From Eledone cirrhosa (Eukaryota): DNA of 64,000 nucleotides. The stretch lies in NCBI GenBank assembly GCA_964016885.1, contig OZ024754.1, positions 22,134,001 to 22,198,000 on the forward strand, read 5' to 3'. Within the stretch, counting starts at the first letter, position 1; each line of letters begins with the position of its first letter. The position numbers and the translations under genes are program-made. This document shows positions 24,969 to 35,097 of this stretch, one piece after another. The notes under the pieces were generated by a model. It had not been told where the DNA came from, made no database searches, and saw only the letters and a program-made list of their open reading frames with translations.

Positions 24969-27900
24969 TTACAGATATATACTCAGAGTCGGCCCATTCA
25001 CTCGGGCCATTCTTGCTTCTCTCACCCATCTTTCAACAAAATGCTGGGAAGAGAGCACTTCCTTCTCTACTCTGATTTTCCTTTTCAAATGAAATTTGAA
25101 AAAGTCAATCAGAGCATCACCGAAGAGGTAAGTGCTCGTCTTCAGCCCTTTCAAACGTGTCCACCATACTATCTCTTTCGCCATGGCCACCAGACAGATA
25201 AAAACTGCCTGCCCTTCCCGGCTAAAGGAGGAGGGCGGGGCAATCCTCACGATAGACTCAGATGATAGCTGGATCCGTCCTAAACGCGACAGCAGGTGTT
25301 CGACATAAACCCACAAGTCAGCAATTTTCGGACACTGGACGAGTGCGTGCAGGACGGTTTCGTCGCCCTGCGCGCATCTCGGACATGCCCGGCTGACGGC
25401 ACCTCCATGCCTGTAGAGTTTATCCCGAACTGGCAAGGCTCCTCGGTAGCACTGCCAGGCCAGAGATTTCTGGAAGTTGTCCATAGGCCCTGGCCCGAAA
25501 GTTCTTCCGAAGAGATTGGCTAGTTGATTTTCGTCGACGCCTAGAGTTTCCCCAAGTACGTCGTCGCTCTTCCCCTCCACTAATCCTCTATAGAACGCCG
25601 AGGTGGAGTTTCCACCGATCACATTGCCCGATTGGTCGAGGGCTGTGAGCGCCTGAAGACATTCCAGTCTCCAGGCGCTCCCTCTCGGTCTTCGCTTGAC
25701 CCAGGACTGCAGCTCCGTCAAGGAAACGAGCTGGGGAAAAACGCGTCTAGCAAACGGCGACCACACCTGATCACCGTCGAGGAAGAGGTGGAGATGTCGT
25801 AGCCTGAGCGCGTGCCTGCGCATCATCAGCCACGGCATGCCCAGCCCTCCACGTAGCGGGTGTTGACAACAGATGGACCGCCTGACCATCGGAGCACGTC
25901 CCTTCCACAAAAAGCGAAAGAGCAAACGCTCCAGCGCAGTCAGGCGAGGCTTAGGACAAGTTACGACGGTTAGGCGGTAGCAGATGACAGACGCGATGTA
26001 CGCGTTAGCCACCTCCGCTCGACCTTTCAGGGATAGCTTCCTCTCCGCCCATTTCTGGGTGAGAGAAGCCACCCTGCTCGTCACCTCGTCCCAGTTTTTG
26101 TCCGTCTGGAGGTCCGGACCGAACCAGACCCCTAGCAATTTAACCGGTCCGTCCGTCCAGCGCCCGACGACGCTGTTGGACGGCATGGACCTGCCTCTCC
26201 AGGTGCCGAGCTGCAGGCCCACTGACTTTTCCTGGTTGATCATTGCTCCTGTCACCGCTTCGTATTCTCTTAGTGTAGTGCCGATCGCCTCGATGTGTTT
26301 GGCGTTCGACACCACTACGGTGACATCGTCCGCATATGCTGACACGGATCTTCCGCATCCTAGTTCGCGCGGGACTCCCCTCAACGTCTCCAGTTTGTGC
26401 AGTAATGGCTCGAGAGTCAATACGTACAAGAGGGACGAGAGGGGACATCCTTGGCGGACCGAGCGCATGATGTTGAACGGTTCCGACAGGTGACCGTTCA
26501 CTCTCACCACAGAGCAGATGTCGCTGTGCATGGCAGCGATCCAGCCTCTGAAGACGGGCCCAAAGCCAGCCGCCCTCAGGACTGCCGCTAGGTAACGATG
26601 GTCGACCCTATCGAAAGCTTTCGACTGATCTAAATTGATCAAGGACCCACCCGTGCCAGGTTCCCTAGCCACCCTCTCTACGATGTATCGCATGAGGTGG
26701 AGGTTGTCGTGGATGGATCTGTCGGGAATGGCGCATGTCTGCGCCTCTCCCACCAGACCACCAACGACAAGCGCCAACCTCTTTGCTAGCACCTTGGCCA
26801 AAATCTTAAACTCTGTGTTTAGCAGAGTTATGGGCCGGAAATTGTCTATGTTATCCCCCTTGTTCGGATCCTTTCTCAGCAGTGCCACCGCACCTCGGCT
26901 CACAGAACTGGGAATTCTCCCGTTCTGTTGCCAGTTGCAGTAGACGTCCGCCAAGAGGCCTCCGAACAAGTCTGGCATCTGTACGTAAAGTTCATAGGGC
27001 AGACCATCCAAACCAGGCGATTTACCCCTTGTGCAGCCAGTCATTGCCTCCCGTACTTCAGCGGCTGTTATCGGCTTTTCGCAACACCTCGCCTCAGTGG
27101 CCGAGAGCCGCGGCAGTCCGTCGAGGTAGACACTAAAGTCCATCCCTCTAGCCGGCCCCCCGCTGCCCCCGAACAGCTGAGCGAAGTGTCGCTGAAAAGC
27201 TTCACACATTTGCCCGGGATCGAGTAGCATGCGCCCGTCGTGGTCCACCAAAGACCGGATCGTGGCTTTGTTGCCACGACGCGCCTCCGCCACTCGGGCC
27301 CATTGAACGGCTTTCGTCCCCTCGTGTCTGAGAGCACGCACTCTAGCTCTGACAACGCAGCCTTCGTGCTTTGCATTGAAGAATTGGTCAAGGGCCAATT
27401 TCGCCGCAAGCACGTCGGTCGCAATGCCTTTGCTAAGCGCCTCGTCTAATTTTCTAACTAGTTCTCCCTCTGCTCTATTTTTCTCTATTGCTAAAGCCTT
27501 ACTAAACCTAATCGATTCTATTCTAATCGCTCTTTTCAGAGCAAACCACCACTTGTTGTTGACGATGGCCCCCGTCAACGCCCGCTTAACTAGTTCGCTA
27601 ATCCGGTCTCTGTAGGCCTTGCGCGCTGGTAAGGACGCGTTTAGCTTCCAGTAGCCGGGTCCTCGTCTATGAAGCCTATCTAAGTCAAGCACACAGATCA
27701 CGAATTTGTGGTCCGTGTAGCTGACTATCTTGAATTGTGGACAGCCTATGCTAGACCTATCTATTTCCCTACAAAATACTCTATCTAGATATGATCTGGA
27801 TGACCCTATGCGGTTTGTCCAAGTCCACATTGGCACATTCGGGAAATCCAATCGGTACCTGTCAGACAGTTCAAAACGCCTGAGCAGGTTGGTGAGGCTC

Positions 27901-28388
27901 TTGCACCCTCCACCCCTATCCGCTAATCCCACACAGTCCCAGCGTGCATCTAAGATCCCGTTCCAGTCGCCCACTAACACTAAAGAGCGGGACGTTCCAA
28001 GAAAGGTCTCCAGACGCCGGAAGAAATCAGGCCGCCCTGCTCCTGTCGGGGCATAGACGGCCACTAGCCTGAAAGCTTGCCCGTCTCCGCTGGTCACGTC
28101 CAGCACCACCAGCTTACCCTCTGGGTCCAGGAAGATGGCCCGTATGGCGAGATCCAAACCTCTCCGAAAAAGCACAGCAACTCCTCCACCCGATCCAGGA
28201 CGGCTGGGAGATGCGTACACATCGTAGCCGCCGAAGATCGGTACGAAGGCCCGTGCTTCGGAGATTCTGGTCTCGCTGATGGCCACTACATCTATGTTTA
28301 GTGACCTGAGGTCGTTGAGCAGGTGACCCTGCTTCCATGACGACCCCAAGCCACGCGCATTTATGCTGCCTATTCTGAGTGAGGTCAT
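24969..28388 (-). CDS. ORF2: APE endonuclease - reverse transcriptase - C-terminal zinc finger (Tx1-like)
   Basis: GSINARGL, SETR, GDWN, YTDHK (APE); KSPGLDG, QGCPLS, YADD (RT); CPRC...ETVLHALVQC; 1139 aa uninterrupted. Confidence 0.95.
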   Translation of the reverse strand: MTSLRIGSINARGLGSSWKQGHLLNDLRSLNIDVVAISETRISEARAFVPIFGGYDVYASPSRPGSGGGVAVLFRRGLDLAIRAIFLDPEGKLVVLDVTSGDGQAFRLVAVYAPTGAGRPDFFRRLETFLGTSRSLVLVGDWNGILDARWDCVGLADRGGGCKSLTNLLRRFELSDRYRLDFPNVPMWTWTNRIGSSRSYLDRVFCREIDRSSIGCPQFKIVSYTDHKFVICVLDLDRLHRRGPGYWKLNASLPARKAYRDRISELVKRALTGAIVNNKWWFALKRAIRIESIRFSKALAIEKNRAEGELVRKLDEALSKGIATDVLAAKLALDQFFNAKHEGCVVRARVRALRHEGTKAVQWARVAEARRGNKATIRSLVDHDGRMLLDPGQMCEAFQRHFAQLFGGSGGPARGMDFSVYLDGLPRLSATEARCCEKPITAAEVREAMTGCTRGKSPGLDGLPYELYVQMPDLFGGLLADVYCNWQQNGRIPSSVSRGAVALLRKDPNKGDNIDNFRPITLLNTEFKILAKVLAKRLALVVGGLVGEAQTCAIPDRSIHDNLHLMRYIVERVAREPGTGGSLINLDQSKAFDRVDHRYLAAVLRAAGFGPVFRGWIAAMHSDICSVVRVNGHLSEPFNIMRSVRQGCPLSSLLYVLTLEPLLHKLETLRGVPRELGCGRSVSAYADDVTVVVSNAKHIEAIGTTLREYEAVTGAMINQEKSVGLQLGTWRGRSMPSNSVVGRWTDGPVKLLGVWFGPDLQTDKNWDEVTSRVASLTQKWAERKLSLKGRAEVANAYIASVICYRLTVVTCPKPRLTALERLLFRFLWKGRAPMVRRSICCQHPLRGGLGMPWLMMRRHALRLRHLHLFLDGDQVWSPFARRVFPQLVSLTELQSWVKRRPRGSAWRLECLQALTALDQSGNVIGGNSTSAFYRGLVEGKSDDVLGETLGVDENQLANLFGRTFGPGPMDNFQKSLAWQCYRGALPVRDKLYRHGGAVSRACPRCAQGDETVLHALVQCPKIADLWVYVEHLLSRLGRIQLSSESIVRIAPPSSFSREGQAVFICLVAMAKEIVWWTRLKGLKTSTYLFGDALIDFFKFHLKRKIRVEKEVLSSQHFVERWVREARMARVNGPTLSIYL

Positions 28389-28423
28389 GTTTAAAATAGA
28401 GTGGAAAAGATGGGAAAGACCAC

Positions 28424-30553
28424 TTACCGTACTTTTGGTAGAGGAGGGATGGTTTTTACATCCCTTTTCACTTGATCGTCTGGTGAAGGGACCGTTGAAT
28501 CGTCCCTTCGGCTGGTCGTCGGCTCTTCTAAGAGAATGTCTGAGTATACTCTTCGATTGATGGTTCCTCCTAGGTCCCTGAAATCACCAACTGCGTTGGG
28601 GAATTTCGTTTTAATGTTTGTGTATTGTTTCTGTGCTATTTTTAGCAGTCTTATGTTAGTTGGCGTTTTGATTGGTGCTGGTATTATGTAGTCCTGTTGT
28701 GAAATGTCTGTGTGTTCAATTATGTAAGTCATTAGTTTCTTGTTGTGTGTATTTATTGCCGTGCATTTGTTTTTCTGGGGGTGGGTTGTGGTTCTGCTAT
28801 TTTCTTGTCGTTGTTGCTGGGTGTGTGTGTTTTGTTGTTGTGTTTGCGATGTTGGTGCTTGTGGTGGTGGTGTTGAAGGTGTTGTTGGCGGTGGGGTTGT
28901 CGCCGGTGGTGATGGTGGTGCTAGTGTGGGTGGTGATGGTGTTGGTGTTGTTGCTGCTGTGGGTCTCTTTGCAGTAGACTTTACCCTTTTCTCATTTCTT
29001 TCCTCCCCTTTCAAAGGTGACGATGCGCTGCTTCTGCGTTTGTGCCTTCTTGCGACCTTTTGCCATCCCTCTCCCACCTCACACTCCATGTCTGATTCTG
29101 TGAGGTCGGGGAGGGGTACCAGCTCCACTCTTTCACTTGTTGTTGTTGGTGATGTTTGCACTGGAGTCTCTGTTGCAGCTGCATTTGGTATTGCTGTTGT
29201 TGTTGTTAATATTTTCACTGCTGCTGCTGTCTTTGATTTCCGTGGAGTGGGTATGGGTGCCACGGACCTATCGTTCCTGGTTGCCGCTTGTCCTGTTGCT
29301 GGTAGCCGTGAAGCCGGATTCGGAAGGAGGGGGGTTTTCTCCTTTCTCAGGGTCTTCTCGTTGCAGAAGGCCCTGAGGTGAGTCTTCGATCCACAGCGAA
29401 AGCATTTCGGGCGTTTGCCCTCAACACTTATGGGCAGTTGAGTGCCGTTATCGAAGTCTATCACATCCGGGATAGCTTCGATGCACTCCTGGTTGGTTTG
29501 GATTAGCATCTCAATGGAGGAGCCGACCCAATCTTCTCTTACTTTTTTCTGTACTTGCAGTACAGTTGTTTTGTCCTCGATTCCGACGAGGACAGACGCG
29601 GCCAGCCAAGAAGGGGTCATTCCGGGGGGGACGTGGGTCAGTTTGACCCTCACAATTTTTTGCCCGCAGTAGGAGGGCACCAACACCATTTCCTCGCTCC
29701 TTAGGGTCACTACTGATTGGGCCTTTGCCTCCTGGGGTGTGGCAAAAAGTACGTCTACGGTGGCGTATTTTTTGCCTCGGGTGATGTGCGTTTTCCTCTG
29801 CCACACAGACCCCAAGGCTTTTTGTATTTGGGCCTCTGTGGCTCTTTCCACCCTACGGGATTTTGTACTTACTGTACGGTACGTGACCGTACAGTGCTCT
29901 TGGGTCTCGAAAAACTTTTCCGCTGCCTTGCAGATTGCTCGGTGTCCGTTCTTTGTCACCATCTTCTTCGCTTCCTCTAATTCCTCATTTGTTATGAGGA
30001 TTGTTTCCAAGTTTTTCGCAATACCTGCAAATGAGATTGGTTTTTCTCTGCTGTTGTTGTTGTCGTCAGAGCTGCTGGTACTTTTGTTGTTGCTGCAGGT
30101 ACTACGACTACTGCCTCCGCCGCTGTTGCTGTGGTTGTTGTTGGTGTTGCTGCTGCTAATGCTGTTGTTGTTTATGTTGCTGGTGATGCTGTTGCGGCTG
30201 CTACTGTTGTTTTCATTGTCACTGTTGCTGTTGTTATTACGGCTGCTACTGCTATTATTCCTGACGTCAGACGAATGAACTGGGTTTTCGTATTTCCCGC
30301 ACACCTGTTTCGTCGCTGTCGTCGTCGTCGTGGAGAAACCTTGCACGCTTTGCACGAGACTTTTCTTTTCTTTCGTTGCTTGCGAAAGAGAAGGGAGGGA
30401 GAGAGACACATTTAAAGAAGGGAGGGAGAGAGACAATCTTCTCTCTGCTGTAGTGATGATTGAGGAAGAAGACGGAATGAGTGGGAGTGACGTATGAAAT
30501 TTCTTTTTCGTAGCCATGTTGTTTTTTTGTTTAAAATGAAATTTTGGGTACAA
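28424..30553 (-). CDS. ORF1: nucleic-acid-binding protein with CCHC knuckle (true start may be MATKK near 30518)
   Basis: RPKCFRCGSKTHLRAFC; Asn/Ser- and Pro/Thr-rich regions; lies 35 bp upstream of ORF2. Confidence 0.85.
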   Translation of the reverse strand: MYPKFHFKQKNNMATKKKFHTSLPLIPSSSSIITTAERRLSLSLPSLNVSLSLPSLSQATKEKKSLVQSVQGFSTTTTTATKQVCGKYENPVHSSDVRNNSSSSRNNNSNSDNENNSSSRNSITSNINNNSISSSNTNNNHSNSGGGSSRSTCSNNKSTSSSDDNNNSREKPISFAGIAKNLETILITNEELEEAKKMVTKNGHRAICKAAEKFFETQEHCTVTYRTVSTKSRRVERATEAQIQKALGSVWQRKTHITRGKKYATVDVLFATPQEAKAQSVVTLRSEEMVLVPSYCGQKIVRVKLTHVPPGMTPSWLAASVLVGIEDKTTVLQVQKKVREDWVGSSIEMLIQTNQECIEAIPDVIDFDNGTQLPISVEGKRPKCFRCGSKTHLRAFCNEKTLRKEKTPLLPNPASRLPATGQAATRNDRSVAPIPTPRKSKTAAAVKILTTTTAIPNAAATETPVQTSPTTTSERVELVPLPDLTESDMECEVGEGWQKVARRHKRRSSASSPLKGEERNEKRVKSTAKRPTAATTPTPSPPTLAPPSPPATTPPPTTPSTPPPQAPTSQTQQQNTHTQQQRQENSRTTTHPQKNKCTAINTHNKKLMTYIIEHTDISQQDYIIPAPIKTPTNIRLLKIAQKQYTNIKTKFPNAVGDFRDLGGTINRRVYSDILLEEPTTSRRDDSTVPSPDDQVKRDVKTIPPLPKVR

Positions 30554-30733
30554 AACCCCAATAACTGGTTATTTAACCCCGAAGGGCCAAATAACGGGCA
30601 GAAAGACCCCTCTCACGAGGAGGAGGGTGTCTTTATCAACAATTATGTTCAAGTTTTAAACAATTTACAATTGTTTTAACGGTTAAAAATTACTATACCT
30701 TACAGAGCCGAGCCTCCGTCAACCATGGCATTC

Positions 30734-30787
<54 letters not shown>

Positions 30788-33500
30788 CAAGCAAAAAGTG
30801 TCGGCCAAAGCTGCTCGTATAAGGCGCTTTGAAAAACGATCTAGATTCTATAAGGACAATAATATGTTCAAAAACAACCAAAGAAACTTCTACAGAAAAA
30901 TTGGTAAGTCAACAATAACTGCTAAATCATTACTACCCAAGGAGGAAGTGCAAGAATTCTGGGAAAAGATCTGGGCCGAAGAAAAAGTTCATAACATACA
31001 TGCCCCATGGATAGACAGACAAATGAAAGATACAGCTCACCTTGAGGAACAAACATGGGAAAATATAACAGTTGAACAGTTGCGCTTGGCTCTAAGAAAA
31101 ACCAGCAAATGGAAATCCCCAGGAAAAGACAAAATACAAAACTTTTGGATAAATGCCTTCACAGAGTCTCATGAGCTGTTAGCCCAACTTTACAATGAAA
31201 TAGTTAAGGAGCCAGAAAAGATACCTTCATGGCTAGTTAATGGCATTACATTCCTGCTTCCGAAGAATGATGAGACAAACAATCCCAAAAATTACAGACC
31301 GATAACTTGCTTGACCACAATGTATAAAATTTTAACATCAGTCCTAACTGAATACACATATGACCACCTGATAACAAATGACCTATTTCCCATTGAGAAG
31401 AAAGGGTGTAAACGAGGCTCATATGGCTGTAAGGATCAGCTTCTGGTTAACAAAATGATACTGGAAGATTGTCATAATAGACACAAAAATCTATCGATTG
31501 CTTGGATAGATTATAAAAAAGCATTTGATAGTTTGCCACACAGTTGGATTGAAAAATGTTTAGAGATTTTCAAAGTATCCCCCGTTGTCAGGAGGTTTTT
31601 GTCATTCAGTATGAAGACATGGAAAACGACACTCCTTTTGAATAGTGAAACAAAATCACTGGAAGCTGGAGAAGTTAATATTAATTGTGGAATTTTTCAG
31701 GGTGACTCTTTATCACCGCTTTTATTCTGCATCGCACTTATACCATTAAGTAAAATGCTCAATGAAACAAAACATGGATATAAAGTCTATGACAAAACCA
31801 TTAATCACCTGTTCTACATGGATGACCTGAAACTATTTGCAAAAAATGATGAACAATTGCAAGGGCTATTATTCACTGTGAAGCAGTTCAGTGATGACAT
31901 TAAAATGGAGTTTGGACTAGATAAATGCGCCAAAGCAACGTTCACCAGAGGAAAGCTGCTGAAGAGTTCAGACATTAATCTTGATCGGGGGAACGTGATA
32001 AGAGAACTTGATCAAGAAAAAACTTACAAATATCTAGGTGTTTGTGAAGGAGACGGAATCAAGCACTCGACAATGAGGGAAAGGATAAGGAAGGAATGTT
32101 ACCGCAGAGTAAGAGCAATCTTAAGAACGGAATTGAATGCAAGGAATAGGATCGATGCCATAAACACGCTTGCCATACCAGTAGTAACCTACAGTTACAA
32201 TGTCATCAACTGGTCAAGCACAGAGATCCGTAGGCTCGATACAAAAATTCGAAAATTCTTAACCATGCACAGAATGCATCACCCTAAGGCAGATATAGAT
32301 AGAATATATCTCCCTAGGAAAGAAGGAGGACGTGGGTTAATCCAGTTAGACATTGCGTTGAAAACTGCAACAATTGGATTATCTAAGGGAATCACATGAT
32401 TGGATGATCAAACTCGTTTTGAAACACGAAAGCATCAAAAGATCATATTCCATTACAAAAGATGCACAAAGATACAGTAATGGACTACAAATTTCAGAAG
32501 TCCCATTTACTGCTGAAATAGAAAACACAGAAAAAGCAAAGCAGGTAAAAGTAACTGCAAAGAAAGAACTGCTACATAAACTGGCTAAGAAATGGCAAGA
32601 AAAGCCTCTGTATGGAAAATACCCAGAGCGAGCTAACAATCCTGATGTTGACAAAACTTTAACCCATCAGTGGTTGGCATCCTCTGGACTGAAATCGGAG
32701 ACTGAAGGACTGATTATATCGGCACAAGATCAGTGTCTGCCAACAAAAAATTACCAAGCCAACATAATAAAAAATGGGTGCAGCCCATTATGCCGTGTAT
32801 GCAAAAAACAACCAGAGACCATTGACCATATAATTTCAATGTGCAGTCCTATAGCTCCAACCGAATACCTAAACAGGCATGACAGAGCTGCACAATACAT
32901 ACATTGGATAATGTGTAAGCATTTTGACCTGCCCCATCAAAAGAATTGGTGGGAGCATCAACCACCTCCCATACTTGAAAAAGATCACATCTCAATCTTG
33001 TGGAACTTTAGCATCCAAACAGACCGAAAAATAGATGCAAACAGACCTGATATAATATTGAAAGACTTTCAAAAGAGGGTATGCCTGCTAATTGATATGT
33101 CTGTTCCAATAGACAAGAATGTATCTATAAAAACATTTGAAAAATTGAGCAAGTATAAGGACCTGGAAATAGAAATTGGAAAAATGTGGAAATTGAGAAC
33201 TAAAACAATACCAGTGGTTGTAGGCTCTCTGGGAATGATACCTAAGGGGTCTAATGATTACATATCGCAAATCCCAGGAAACCCGCGTATAGGAGAAATC
33301 CAAAAGATAGTATTAATGGGAACTGCCCATATACTAAGGAAGATTCTGTCAATATAAGTACATCACAAGTCTAAACACTAAAGATGCATGTGTGAATATG
33401 TATGTTCTTTCTTAAACATGGCGGACCTTGTTGTCTCTTGAGGTCACTGGTTGTGACTTGGTGATAACTCGTATGAACATAAAGCAAGATAAATGCAACT

Positions 33501-33501
<1 letters not shown>
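30788..33501 (+). mobile_element. R4/Dong-like RLE element, family C, 5'-truncated, one frameshift (~32385)
   Basis: KSPGKD, GIFQGDSLSP, YMDD, CRVCKKQPETIDHIISMC, RHD, RPDIILKD...LLID...EKLSKY; (TAA)n tail. Confidence 0.9.
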
Positions 33502-33576
<75 letters not shown>

Positions 33577-33853
33577 GGACCTAAAGTGGGAGGTGAAAAG
33601 GATTTGGAACTGCCATGAAGTCAAAGTGATCCCGATTGTCATAGGCGCACTGGGGACTAACTCCAAAAGTTTCCAGGGATGGTTAAAGAAAATCGGCCCC
33701 TTCACGCTTTTTGGAACGCTTCAAAAGGCATGCTTGCTTGGAACAGCAAGAACCCTCCGATACGTCCTGAATATCTGAGGCTGCAGGTAGTGGCTTGATA
33801 TTCATTCCAACGGACTTTCCAGTTAACCAACATCAATGACTGAGATTCAAGGA
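33577..33853 (+). mobile_element. Family B 3'-terminal fragment
   Basis: Matches ~24383-24660; (TAA)n both sides. Confidence 0.9.
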
Positions 33854-33861
33854 ATAACAAC

Positions 33862-33914
<53 letters not shown>

Positions 33915-33916
<2 letters not shown>

Positions 33917-35029
33917 GCTAACAGCTCATGAGACTCTGTGAAGGCATTTTTCCAAAAGTTTTGTATTTTGTCTTTTCCTGGGGATTTCCATTTGCTGGTT
34001 TTTCTTAGAGTCAAGCGCAACTGTTCAACTGTTATATTTTCCCATATTTGTTCCTCAAGGTGAGCTGTATCTTTCATTTATCTGTCTATCCATGGGGCAT
34101 GTATGTTATGAACTTTTTCTTCGGCAAGAAAAGCCTCTGTATGGAAAATACCCAGAGCGAACTAACAATCCTGATGTTGACAAAACTTTAACCCATCAGT
34201 GGTTGGCATCCTCTGGACTGAAATCGGAGACTGAAGGACTGATTATATCAGCACAAGATCAGTGTCTGCCAACAAAAAATTACCAAGCCAACATAATAAA
34301 AAATGGATGCAGCCCATTATGACGTGTATGCAAAAAACAACCAGAGACCATTGACCATATAATTTCAATGTGCAGTCCTATAGCTCCAACCGAATACCTA
34401 AACAGGCATGACAGAGCTGCACAATACATACATTGGATAATGTGTAAGCATTTTGACCTGCCCCATCAAAAGAATTGGTGGGAGCATCAACCACCTCCCA
34501 TACTTGAAAAAGATCACATCTCAATCTTGTGGAACTTTAGCATCCAAACAGACCGAAAAATAGATGCAAATAGACCTGATATAATATTGAAGGACTTTAA
34601 AAAGAGGGTATGCCTGCTAATTGATATGTATGTTCCAATAGACAAGAATGTATCTATAAAAACATTTGAAAAATTGAGCAAGTATAATGACCTGGAGATA
34701 GAAATTGGAAAAATGTGGAAATTGAGAACTAAAACAATACCAGTGGTTGTAGGCGCTCTGGGAATGATACCTAAGGGGTCTAATGATTACTTATCGCAAA
34801 TCCCAGGAAACCCGCGTATAGGAGAAATACAAAAGATAGTACTAATGGGAACTGCCCATATACTAAGGAAGATTCTGTCAATATAAGTACATCACAAGTC
34901 TAAACACTAAAGATGCATGTGTGAGTATGTATGTTCTTTCTTGAACATGGCGGACCTTGTTGTCTCTTGAGGTCACTGGTTGTGACTTGGTGATAACTGG
35001 TATGAACATAAAGCAAGATAAATGCAACT

Positions 35030-35030
<1 letters not shown>
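33915..35030 (+). mobile_element. Family C copy with 5' inversion and deletion
   Basis: 33915-34125 is the reverse complement of ~30974-31183; 34123-35030 matches 32594-33501. Confidence 0.9.

Positions 35031-35096
<66 letters not shown>

Positions 35097-35097
<1 letters not shown>

Larger units (their letters stand above)
24707..30733 (-). mobile_element. Full-length Tx1/L1-like non-LTR retrotransposon A
   Basis: Two open ORFs, 3' AATAAA, (TAA)n on both flanks. Confidence 0.92.

Noticed and set aside
25296-30415. Many plus-strand ORFs inside element A (likewise minus-strand ORFs inside the Gypsy element)
   Set aside because: Antisense shadows of GC-rich or low-complexity coding sequence with no recognisable motifs
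34320-34322. TGA at a zinc-finger Cys codon (selenocysteine?)
   Set aside because: The other two family C copies have TGC, so this is a single nonsense substitution. The stops I checked in PLE frames (7007 TAG, 16511 TAA) are not TGA either.
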